Positions 1 through 8,536 of a stretch of DNA of 64,000 nt are shown in pieces (the first letter of the stretch is position 1; every line of letters starts with the position of its first letter). This stretch comes from Bacteroidota bacterium. Its GTDB lineage: Bacteria; Bacteroidota; Rhodothermia; Rhodothermales; UBA10348. Location: the NCBI GenBank assembly GCA_029262775.1, contig JAJCYR010000005.1, positions 3,183 through 67,182 on the forward strand, given 5' to 3'. The notes beneath the pieces are model-generated. The model was not told the DNA's origin. It saw only the letters and a program-made list of their open reading frames with translations, and did no database searches. A program made the translations under genes and the position numbers.

Positions 1-1
1 G

Positions 2-247
2 GTGCCGGGTGACAATCTGATTACCCGGGATCTGGATCTTCGCACACTCCGGGAGGGTGACCAGATCTGCGTCGGCAGCGTCATCCTTGAGCGCACTTCC
101 GGCATGCACAGGCCGTGTTCGTTATTCGCTCGGCGGATTTCCGAAGAGGCCCGCCGGGCCGTTCTTGCCACCAATACGCGCGGTGCCCTGTTTGTCGTCC
201 TGCAGAGCGGCATTGTGCGCATTGGAGACCCTATCAGATTCTCGTGA
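2..247 (+). CDS. MOSC domain protein, C-terminal part (5' end outside window)
   Basis: ORF enters from the window edge. GDQICVGSVILERTSGMHRPC... with a conserved Cys resembles MOSC/YiiM-like C-termini. TGA at 245-247. Confidence 0.5.
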   Translation: MPGDNLITRDLDLRTLREGDQICVGSVILERTSGMHRPCSLFARRISEEARRAVLATNTRGALFVVLQSGIVRIGDPIRFS

Positions 248-286
248 AATGGTTTGTGGGGCGTTTTGTCCTGCCGGACGGACAGA

Positions 287-1687
287 TCAGGCTCCGGGGA
301 TTCCGGGTTCGGTCATGTGCCGGACATTGAGCACTTCGCTTAGTTTGTCCTCGTCCATGAGGCCCAGTTCAAGGACTACATCGCGAACAGACTTCCGCTC
401 GGCTGCACTTTTCTTGGCGACCTTGGACGCCTGGTCGTATCCGATTTCGCGGTTCAGCGCGGTCGCTATGGACGGGTTCAGTTCCAGGAGTTGTCGGCAG
501 CGCTCCCGATCGGCCTCAATCCCGTCCAGGCACTTCGTCCGGAACGCATGCAGCGATCCGGAAAGGATGGAAATACTCTCGAGCATGGCGTGTGCCATGA
601 CGGGCATCATGACATTCAGCTCAAAATTTCCATGCTGTCCGCCGGTGGTGATGGTCACATGATTTCCCATGACGCGGGCACAGACCATCATCATGGCCTC
701 ACTCTGCACCGGGTTGACCTTACCGGGCATAATCGATGAACCGGGCTGAATGGCCGGCAACTGGATTTCGGCCAGGCCCGATGTAGGGCCGGAGGACAGG
801 TGCCGGATATCGTTGGCAATTTTCATCAGGGACGTAGCCAGCGTGTTGAGAACGCCCGATGCATGCACGTACGCGTCCCGGGCGGCCTGTGCTTCGAAGT
901 GGTTTTCCGCCTCCCGGAAGGGATGATCGGTCATGCGCGCAATATTCCCGATTGCGGCATTGGCGAACCCTGGTGGGCAGTTGATGCCCGTTCCTGTGGC
1001 CGTTCCTCCCAGCGCCAGCTCGGACAGGTCGTCCACCGCCGCGTCGAGGCGCCGCACGGCCTTTTCAAGCTGAGCGGCCCATCCGCCAAATTCTTGACCA
1101 AGCCGGACCGGTGTGGCATCCATGAGGTGGGTGCGCCCCGATTTCAGTACGTCATCAAAGGCATGTGACTTGGCGTGGAGCGAGGCGACGAACGCTCGGA
1201 GTGCCGGAATGAGCTCCTGTGTGATGGCGAGCGTGGCGGCCACGTGCATGGCCGTCGGGATGACGTCGTTCGAGGACTGGGACATGTTCACGTCGTCGTT
1301 CGGATGCACCAGTTTGCTACCCCGATCACCCCCCATAGCCACCGTTGCCAGATTAGCAATGACTTCGTTGGCATTCATGTTGGTCGATGTACCCGATCCG
1401 GTCTGGAAAATGTCCAGTACGAACTCCGCATCGTACCTGCCCTTCTGAACGCTTCCGGCCGCCTCAACGACTGCATCCATCCGATCCTTGGGCAACTGGC
1501 CGATTTCGTTGTTGGCACGAGCAGCGGCCGCTTTGATGATGGCCAGAGCCTCTATGAACCGGCGCGGAAATCGGATGCCGGAGATGGGGAAGTTTTCCAG
1601 CGCACGCTGCGTCTGCGCGGCATACCAGGCGTTTTCGGGGACGTGGACGTCTCCCAGCGAATCCTTCTCAATGCGAAAATCACTCAT
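287..1687 (-). CDS. fumC: Class II fumarate hydratase
   Basis: GSSIMPGKVNPVQSEAMMMV signature, with GNFELNV as in FumC. True start is MSDFRIEKDSLG (ATG at 1687); the upstream 87 codons of the listed ORF are an extension. Confidence 0.9.
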   Translation of the reverse strand: MSDFRIEKDSLGDVHVPENAWYAAQTQRALENFPISGIRFPRRFIEALAIIKAAAARANNEIGQLPKDRMDAVVEAAGSVQKGRYDAEFVLDIFQTGSGTSTNMNANEVIANLATVAMGGDRGSKLVHPNDDVNMSQSSNDVIPTAMHVAATLAITQELIPALRAFVASLHAKSHAFDDVLKSGRTHLMDATPVRLGQEFGGWAAQLEKAVRRLDAAVDDLSELALGGTATGTGINCPPGFANAAIGNIARMTDHPFREAENHFEAQAARDAYVHASGVLNTLATSLMKIANDIRHLSSGPTSGLAEIQLPAIQPGSSIMPGKVNPVQSEAMMMVCARVMGNHVTITTGGQHGNFELNVMMPVMAHAMLESISILSGSLHAFRTKCLDGIEADRERCRQLLELNPSIATALNREIGYDQASKVAKKSAAERKSVRDVVLELGLMDEDKLSEVLNVRHMTEPGIPGA

Positions 1688-1775
1688 GGCAGCCTCTGTT
1701 ATGGTGTGTGAACGAAATGTACTGGATGGGACGGGCTCTGCGTGTTGATCTTTTCTGAAGATTGTATCTTTCAGA

Positions 1776-2645
1776 ATGGTTCTGATCGAAACGAAATCCC
1801 GGATGCACGAGCGCGTACGTGCGTGGAAGCGCGCGGAAAAACGGATAGCACTCGTGCCGACCATGGGGGCGCTGCATGACGGGCACATGGAGCTCGTTGC
1901 GCGGGCGGCCGGGGAGGCCGACGTGGTGGTGGTGTCCACCTTCGTCAATCCGACCCAGTTTGGTCCGACGGAAGATTTCCGTGCCTATCCACGAGACGTG
2001 GTATCGGACATCCAACTGCTGGAATTGCAGGGATTGGCACAGTGCATGTTCGCCCCGGGGCCGCGCGAGGTCTACCCCATGTGGCCGAACAGGACCTGGG
2101 TCAACGTAGAGGGGATGGATGTTACGCTATGTGGGGCGAGTCGCGAGGGACATTTCAGGGGTGTCGTCACGGTGGTGGCGAGACTTTTGGCCATGATTCA
2201 GCCGGATGTTGCTGTTTTCGGCATGAAAGATGCCCAGCAATTTTTCATTCTGTGTAGACTCTGTCAGGACATGGGTTTCGCTACGCGTATGCTGGGCGAA
2301 GCGACCGTTCGCGAGGCGGACGGACTGGCCTTGTCCTCGCGGAATCGGTATTTATCGGAGGAGGAGCGGTTGCAGGCACCCAGACTGTATGCCGCGGTGC
2401 AGGCGGCCGAGCGACGTATTCTGCGTGGTGAGCGGCGTGTTCACGCACTGGAGGAGATCATGCGCCGGGAACTGGCCGGGACGAGGGTGGATTATGCGAG
2501 TATTGTAGATACATCCCTGTTGCAACCGATAGACGAGCTGCAGCCAGGCATGGAAGTGCTGGCTGCTGTTGCCGTTCATTTTGGCCGGGCCCGCCTCATT
2601 GACAATGTAGTGGTCACGGTTCCCGATGATCCAGATGGCCCATGA
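1776..2645 (+). CDS. panC: Pantoate--beta-alanine ligase
   Basis: ALVPTMGALHDGHMELV and STFVNPTQFGP motifs. ATG at 1776. Confidence 0.92.
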   Translation: MVLIETKSRMHERVRAWKRAEKRIALVPTMGALHDGHMELVARAAGEADVVVVSTFVNPTQFGPTEDFRAYPRDVVSDIQLLELQGLAQCMFAPGPREVYPMWPNRTWVNVEGMDVTLCGASREGHFRGVVTVVARLLAMIQPDVAVFGMKDAQQFFILCRLCQDMGFATRMLGEATVREADGLALSSRNRYLSEEERLQAPRLYAAVQAAERRILRGERRVHALEEIMRRELAGTRVDYASIVDTSLLQPIDELQPGMEVLAAVAVHFGRARLIDNVVVTVPDDPDGP

Positions 2646-2706
2646 TTGCCGTGAAACCTTCACGCCCCAATGCGATAGGAGCACCTGCAATCACACATCG
2701 CCGCCC

Positions 2707-3099
2707 ATGCAGGTAACCATGTTTCGCGCAAAGCTCCATCGCGTCCGCGTGACGCAGGCGGAGTTGTACTATGAAGGTTCGATCACCATAGACGAAGAAC
2801 TGCTCTCCGCAGCTGGCATTCTGCCCTACGAGCAGGTGCATGTGGTCAACGTGAACAACGGAGCGCGTTTTGAGACCTACACCATCCCTGCAGAAGCAGG
2901 CACGCGGACCATCTGCCTCAATGGTCCGGCCGCGCGACATGCGGCCGTGGGAGACGAGGTGATTGTCATTGCCTATGCGCGTATGTCACTGCAGGAAGCG
3001 CAGAGTCATGCCGCACGCGTGGTTCTCGTCGATGAACAGAATAATCCGCGCGAAGTCAAGGACCTCCGGGTCGACCATCCGGAGTACGCACCGGCCTAA
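2707..3099 (+). CDS. panD: Aspartate 1-decarboxylase
   Basis: MQVTMFRAKLHRVRVTQAELYYEGSITID aligns with the E. coli PanD N-terminus, including the processing-site Gly-Ser. Adjacent to panC. Confidence 0.9.
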   Translation: MQVTMFRAKLHRVRVTQAELYYEGSITIDEELLSAAGILPYEQVHVVNVNNGARFETYTIPAEAGTRTICLNGPAARHAAVGDEVIVIAYARMSLQEAQSHAARVVLVDEQNNPREVKDLRVDHPEYAPA

Positions 3100-3101
3100 C
3101 A

Positions 3102-3145
3102 GGCCCTCCGAACGAGAGCGCCCGCTACCTAATCAACAGCCTTCA
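3102..3145. repeat. Solo copy of the hairpin-plus-terminal-repeat arm of the MITE-like family
   Basis: ctccgaacgagagcgcccgctacctaatcaacagccttcagg matches 22338-22379 at about 38 of 43 positions by eye. It overlaps the phoH stop codon. Confidence 0.45.
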
Positions 3146-4118
3146 GGGTACGGGTCTCTTGGGAACGGGACGAGTACGCGTTGATGATGTCTTTCACGAG
3201 GCGATGACGAACGACGTCCGACTGGTCAAAATAGACGAAGTCAATGCCCTGTATTTTGTCCAGGATCTCTTCTGCCTGCACGAGGCCGGACAACTCTTTC
3301 GGAGGCAGGTCGGTCTGCGTCACATCACCCGTTACGATAGACCGGCTGTTTGCACCCAAGCGGGTAAGAAACATCTTCATTTGCGAAGCCGTCGCGTTCT
3401 GGGCTTCATCCAGGATGACAAACGCAGAGTTGAGCGTTCGTCCGCGCATGTAGGCAAGTGGCACAATTTCAACCGTGTTCTGCTCCATGAATCCCTTGAG
3501 TTTATCCCGGGGCAGCATGTCTTCCAGTGCATCGTACAGGGGACGCAGGTACGGGTCTACCTTGTCCCTGAGATCGCCAGGCAGGAAGCCAAGTCGTTCG
3601 CCAGCCTCGACCGCCGGCCGGCACAGCACAATCCGCTTGACCTGGCGCGACTTCAGAGCGGCGACGGCGAGGGCGACGGCGGTATACGTTTTCCCTGTTC
3701 CGGCGGGCCCAATCGCAAATACAATATCATTTCGACGAGCAGAGTCGACGAGCTTGATCTGATTGGCCGTTTTGGCCTTGACACTGCCTCCCGACGGGGT
3801 GAAGAGAATGGTGTGCGATGCGGCGTGTGACTCCCCGGGTTGGCCCGAGGTATCGACACCCTTCTGAAACAGCGCAAGAACGGTGTCGACATCTCTTTCC
3901 GTCAGATTACCATTGCGGTTGAGCAGAATGACCAACTCGTCCAGAATGCGTTCAATTCTTGTGAGAGCGTCCTCGTCTCCCCGGAGTATGACATCATTTC
4001 CCCTGGCTGTAATTTGGGTTTCTGGAAATGCTGCCTCAATGCGGCGCAGATAGATGTCGTTGAAGCCGAACAGAAGAAGCGGTTCGGCTTTGTCTATGTG
4101 AATGCGTTTATCGGCCAA
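3129..4118 (-). CDS. phoH: PhoH-family ATPase
   Basis: Walker A GPAGTGKTYTAVA, ILDEAQN and the PhoH C-terminal core. The only in-frame start is TTG at 4118. Confidence 0.85.
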   Translation of the reverse strand: MADKRIHIDKAEPLLLFGFNDIYLRRIEAAFPETQITARGNDVILRGDEDALTRIERILDELVILLNRNGNLTERDVDTVLALFQKGVDTSGQPGESHAASHTILFTPSGGSVKAKTANQIKLVDSARRNDIVFAIGPAGTGKTYTAVALAVAALKSRQVKRIVLCRPAVEAGERLGFLPGDLRDKVDPYLRPLYDALEDMLPRDKLKGFMEQNTVEIVPLAYMRGRTLNSAFVILDEAQNATASQMKMFLTRLGANSRSIVTGDVTQTDLPPKELSGLVQAEEILDKIQGIDFVYFDQSDVVRHRLVKDIINAYSSRSQETRTLKAVD

Positions 4119-4164
4119 ATGAAGTTATCATGGTTTGATAGGTACAAATCGAAGGAAGTACGGT

Positions 4165-4989
4165 ATGAACAACACCCTTGTGGTGGAATTTACGAAAATG
4201 AGTGGTGCCGGAAATGACTTCATAGTCATTGACAACCGATTCTACCATTTCGGAGATGAAGAGTTGTCCCGACTGGCGACGACGTGGTGTCCTCGCCGAA
4301 CGGGGGTAGGCGCCGACGGTGTGCTGGCGCTCAACTCATCGCCGGACGTTGATTTTCGTATGCGATATTTCAATGCCGATGGGTCACGGGGTACCATGTG
4401 TGGCAACGGAGCCCGCTGCCTCGTACTGTTTGCTACGCTGGCGGGGATGGACGGATCGAACCTGGTTTTTGACAGTGACGCAGGCATGTATGCGGCCCGG
4501 GTAACGGGCCCTTCACGTGTGCGCCTCCAGGTCCCTGCGCCGAGGGACTATCGAGAGGACGTGGCCATGCCGGAGGCATCGGGGTTCGGCACGGCCAGCT
4601 ATATCTGGACCGGGACGGAGCATGCCGTGGTGTTTGTGCCGAAGGTGTCGATCCTCGACCTGTTGCGTTCAGGTCCGACCATGCGCAACGCCCCCGCGCT
4701 TGGCGAAGCGGGCGCGAATGTGGACTACGTGGAAGTGTTGAGTCAGAATGCACTGCGTGTCCGAACGTGGGAAAAAGGCGTGGAAGCCGAGACCCTGGCG
4801 TGCGGAACGGGCGCGCTGGCCTCTGCGGTGGTGGCCGCACAGGCAGCACACGTGTCCGGACCGTCCATTGACGTTCACATGCCCGGTGGGACACTTCGCG
4901 TGCATATGGACGGAGACCCACTCGCCCCGGATCAGCTTGCGCTCGAGGGCGAGGCCCGCGTCGTTTACCGGGGCACGCTGGACATGTAG
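4165..4989 (+). CDS. dapF: Diaminopimelate epimerase
   Basis: FTKMSGAGNDFIVID and the second catalytic Cys region LACGTGA. Start chosen at MNNTLVVEF. Confidence 0.88.
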   Translation: MNNTLVVEFTKMSGAGNDFIVIDNRFYHFGDEELSRLATTWCPRRTGVGADGVLALNSSPDVDFRMRYFNADGSRGTMCGNGARCLVLFATLAGMDGSNLVFDSDAGMYAARVTGPSRVRLQVPAPRDYREDVAMPEASGFGTASYIWTGTEHAVVFVPKVSILDLLRSGPTMRNAPALGEAGANVDYVEVLSQNALRVRTWEKGVEAETLACGTGALASAVVAAQAAHVSGPSIDVHMPGGTLRVHMDGDPLAPDQLALEGEARVVYRGTLDM

Positions 4990-5017
4990 ATATAAAAGGG
5001 CCTGTTAAAGAAGCGGA

Positions 5018-7105
5018 CTACTGCAGGAAAATGCGCCGGTTGTCGTCAATACTGGCCGACTCGCGGAGCGTGGCAATCCATTGCTGGCGAACCTGGTTGC
5101 GTCGCTGGGCGATCATGCGTTCCTTCATGTTCTGGACCTCAGACGGCGTGAGCGGAGTGGGTTCCGTCACGGACGTGACACGAAGTACGTACGCTGCCGC
5201 CTCGCCACTGAGAACGTCGCTGACATCCCCTTCCGACATACCAACCGCTGTCCCTACAAATTTCGGATCGCGGCCGAGGCCTGGAATGACCATGTTGGAG
5301 AATCCTATGCCACTGGCTGTACGCTGGGGTGAATTCACTGCACTGCCAAGACCATCGAAGCCATGGGTTTCAAGCGCTTCGCGAAGGCGGGCCACCTGGA
5401 TTTCGGCCTTGAGCTTATTGCGCAGACGAGGTTCCAACTGGCTCTTGACGTCTTCGAATTCGCGGAAGCCTTCAGGAATGACTGTATTCAGCCGGGCAAC
5501 CAGGAAAACGTCGTTGAGTTCGATGACCTCAGAGACACCACCGGGCTCGCCAGTTTCCAGAAACAGCTGCAGGACACGACTGTTGCCAAGACCTGGAACG
5601 AATTGCTGTCCGTCTTCCACGCTCACTGTCTGGATGGCCATACCCCGGCGTTCGGCTTCCTCATCAAAGCTGCCCTCTTCCGTAGAAAAGAATTGCAGGT
5701 CATCCAGTTCGGACTGGGCGGCATTGAGCGTTGCGGCACTCGCCCGCAGACCGAGGGCATAGTCGGCAATTTGTGCTTCAAGCTCCGCCCGCTCGGTGAC
5801 TTCGATCAGGTGATACCCGAATTGGGTTTCCACGGGGCCCACAAGGCGTCCTATCGGGGCATCGAAGGCAGCTTCTTCAAACTCAGCCACCATGCGTCCT
5901 GGACCAAACCACCCGAGGTCTCCACCGCGGCTTGCCGTGCCATCGTCTCCGAATTCACGCGCCATGTCTTCGAAGTTTTCGCCGTTCAGGATGCGGCGAC
6001 GGACATCGTTGGCCTCTGTCCGTGCTTCGGCACGCGCCTCGACGTCGTCCTCAGGTGCACGGAAAAGGATATGGCGGGCCTTGACTGCAGGCTCCTCCGG
6101 CTCACGGACGTCGACGACCTTGATCAGATGCACCTCGTTGCCTAACACGATGGGTCCGACTATGCTACCGGGCTCGGGATTGCCGAAGACCGCCGCAGAA
6201 AGAGTTTCGTCGAGCTCATCGGGGCGAAAATAGGCGCTGGACCAGGGGCGCTCGGAACCGTTTCTGGCCAGGAACAGTGAGTCATTGTCCGATTCAACGA
6301 AACTCCCGCGAAGCAACTCCATGTCACGGAAAATGGCAGCTGTGTCGGCTGCGGTCGGCGACTTCGACAGGGTTACGTATGAAAAGGTGTACGATTTCTT
6401 GCGTGCAAATTCGTCCTTGTGATCGTTATAGAACGTCCGGAGATCACGGTCCGAATAGGAAATGGAGTCGTCCGGTAGCGCCGCATAGCGCAGTGCTACA
6501 AACTCCGCATTCACGGTCAGATTCTGCCGCCGATGCTCTTCCATGACATCTGCATCGGAGATGCGCACCGTGGCACCCACGAGGTTGTCGAGCTTTTCCC
6601 GACGCCGTTCCTGACGCAGATAATTTTCAATGTTGATCCAATCCTGAACCGCTTCCGGATTGTCGATGAAGTTCTGAAGCAGCGAGCGGTCCACACCGTC
6701 ATTGCCATCGGAGAAGTAGGCCTTGATGATGGGGTGGGGGTCCGCTCCCTCGACCATGTCAATCAGTTCCTGGTCGGAGACGGCAATGCCGAGACGATCC
6801 ATTTCCTGTTCCCGTAGTCGGGCTTCGACCAGCTGATTGAATACCCGCTCACGGGTCTGATCAAGCATCTGCGGGGGCATGCTCTCGCCGGCCTGGTTCG
6901 AATAGCTCTGAACCTGCGCGTTTACGGCATTGTTGTACTCCTCAACCGTGATGACGTCTCCGTTCACACTGCCGATATTATTGCCGACGTTTCCAACGGC
7001 ATCAAGGCCGCCGGAATCCTGGAGTACCCAGATGACGCCGAAGGCAAATACGAGTATCCAGAGAATGACACCGGTGTTGTCCCGGAGACGGTTCATTACA
7101 CCCAT
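5018..7105 (-). CDS. Periplasmic chaperone / peptidyl-prolyl isomerase, PpiD-like
   Basis: N-terminal membrane anchor (NTGVILWILVFAFGVIWVL) and a parvulin domain (ARHILF...GGDLGWFGPGRMVAEFEEAAF). Start at 7105 or 7096. Confidence 0.75.
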   Translation of the reverse strand: MGVMNRLRDNTGVILWILVFAFGVIWVLQDSGGLDAVGNVGNNIGSVNGDVITVEEYNNAVNAQVQSYSNQAGESMPPQMLDQTRERVFNQLVEARLREQEMDRLGIAVSDQELIDMVEGADPHPIIKAYFSDGNDGVDRSLLQNFIDNPEAVQDWINIENYLRQERRREKLDNLVGATVRISDADVMEEHRRQNLTVNAEFVALRYAALPDDSISYSDRDLRTFYNDHKDEFARKKSYTFSYVTLSKSPTAADTAAIFRDMELLRGSFVESDNDSLFLARNGSERPWSSAYFRPDELDETLSAAVFGNPEPGSIVGPIVLGNEVHLIKVVDVREPEEPAVKARHILFRAPEDDVEARAEARTEANDVRRRILNGENFEDMAREFGDDGTASRGGDLGWFGPGRMVAEFEEAAFDAPIGRLVGPVETQFGYHLIEVTERAELEAQIADYALGLRASAATLNAAQSELDDLQFFSTEEGSFDEEAERRGMAIQTVSVEDGQQFVPGLGNSRVLQLFLETGEPGGVSEVIELNDVFLVARLNTVIPEGFREFEDVKSQLEPRLRNKLKAEIQVARLREALETHGFDGLGSAVNSPQRTASGIGFSNMVIPGLGRDPKFVGTAVGMSEGDVSDVLSGEAAAYVLRVTSVTEPTPLTPSEVQNMKERMIAQRRNQVRQQWIATLRESASIDDNRRIFLQ

Positions 7106-7230
7106 GGAATAGAACGGCTGCTGTCGAATGTAAAATGACCGGCCGCACACGTGATGTGCGGCCGGTGCGAAGCTCATCAATATACAGCCTTTCTCCGTGA
7201 ATGTTCAGTACATCTGTACTGAAAAATGGG

Positions 7231-7992
7231 TCAGGCGGCGCGGTTCGACATCACGGACAGCTGGTAGCGGAGCGTTTTGAGGACCTTGGCGAGAATCTGA
7301 CTGATTCGGGCCTCAGTCCGGTCCATGAGCTCGGCGATCTCACGCAGTGTGAGGTTCTCAAAGTAGTAAAGGGTGAGGATGGTCTGTTCACGGTCTGGCA
7401 ACTCGTTGATCAGCGTCTGTATATATGCTTTCAGACTGTCGCGGTCAATGGCTTCAAAGGCCAGCAATGTGTCGTTGTTCGGAATGGATTCGATCATCGT
7501 ATGATCGTCTTCGCCGTTCACGGGGGAGTGCAGGGACAGGGAGAAGCGACACTGGGCGTCCTTGAGCAGCGTGTGGTAGTCGTACAACGACATGTCCAGA
7601 AATTTGGCTACCGCCTGGTCTGTGGGCTCTTCGCCCAATTCCTGCCGCAGGGTGTCCATGGCCCGGTGCGCCTCGGCAAGCAGCCGGCGCCGCTCTCGGG
7701 GCAGGACATCGATGGAGCGCAGGTAGTCAACGAGGGCACCACGAATGCGTCCGTATGCATAGGAGACGAAGGGCGTTCCGCGCTCGGGATCGAAACCATC
7801 GAGAGCCTGGAGCAGACCAAGTTGCCCCACGCTTTCCAGGTCTTCGCGGGATGCCAACGGGTGATCCGGAATATTCAGGCGTCCAACGATAGAGCGTACC
7901 AGGGGAACGGCGGCCGTGACAACGGCCGTACGATTCGTATCGGAGGGGTTTACGGCGAACGCTACGGCAACGGTTTGAAGATCCTGCGACAT
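7231..7992 (-). CDS. fliA: RNA polymerase sigma factor, FliA/WhiG (sigma-28) family
   Basis: Region 2 (LESVGQLGLLQALDGFDPERGTPFVSYAYGRIRGALVDYLR) and region 4 HTH (LTLREIAELMDRTEARISQI). Confidence 0.8.
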   Translation of the reverse strand: MSQDLQTVAVAFAVNPSDTNRTAVVTAAVPLVRSIVGRLNIPDHPLASREDLESVGQLGLLQALDGFDPERGTPFVSYAYGRIRGALVDYLRSIDVLPRERRRLLAEAHRAMDTLRQELGEEPTDQAVAKFLDMSLYDYHTLLKDAQCRFSLSLHSPVNGEDDHTMIESIPNNDTLLAFEAIDRDSLKAYIQTLINELPDREQTILTLYYFENLTLREIAELMDRTEARISQILAKVLKTLRYQLSVMSNRAA

Positions 7993-8019
7993 GGCGGTGA
8001 GGGGTTGAGGGGGTTGGAA

Positions 8020-8289
8020 TCAGGCCGCTTTCTGGGCATCCATATCCTGGATGTCCTCGCGCGAATCGGCCTCTACATAAGGGGCGTTCTCGGTGATGCG
8101 GGCAGAAGATTCCATATCGTCCATGAGGCGGTGCACTGCGAAATCGCCCAACAGCAGCAGCGCCCAGGTCGTGCATCCGGCAGAACAGGCCCACAGTAGA
8201 GATGGCAAAAGGCCGATACCCACCTGCAACAGGTGGCTGGCGGTCAGTGCGGCAACCAGGAGGCTGAACTGTATGATGAGGCTTCGCAT
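8020..8289 (-). CDS. Small two-TM protein with acidic tail, co-transcribed with fliA
   Basis: Hydrophobic segments LIIQFSLLVAALTASHLL and TWALLLLGDFAV. The listed ATG at 8322 lies inside the -12 promoter element, so Met at 8304 or 8289 is more likely. Confidence 0.4.
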   Translation of the reverse strand: MRSLIIQFSLLVAALTASHLLQVGIGLLPSLLWACSAGCTTWALLLLGDFAVHRLMDDMESSARITENAPYVEADSREDIQDMDAQKAA

Positions 8290-8321
8290 GGGATATGGAA
8301 TCATGTTTCGATTCCTGTTCA

Positions 8322-8337
8322 TGCAAAGCGTGTGCCA
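8322..8337 (-). promoter_or_regulatory. Sigma-54 (-24/-12) promoter
   Basis: Minus strand reads TGGCACacgctTTGCA, with consensus GG-N10-GC spacing. It lies directly upstream of the small ORF and fliA, and downstream of an NtrC-type activator gene. Confidence 0.6.
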
Positions 8338-8536
8338 GTCGCTCCTGATTTCAGTCCCGATTCTCGAAAATCAGGCTTAAGGATGTCCCTGTGCGGGTTT
8401 ACGCAGAAGAACTCTGGCGCACGTCAGGAGGCGGGATCTCTGGAATGCGGAATAATATTCCCGATTCACGGTATGCCGGCGACGGAACATCTTTCCGGAA
8501 TCGGGTGCCCGACGAGATCACTGAAGAAGGGTCCGC

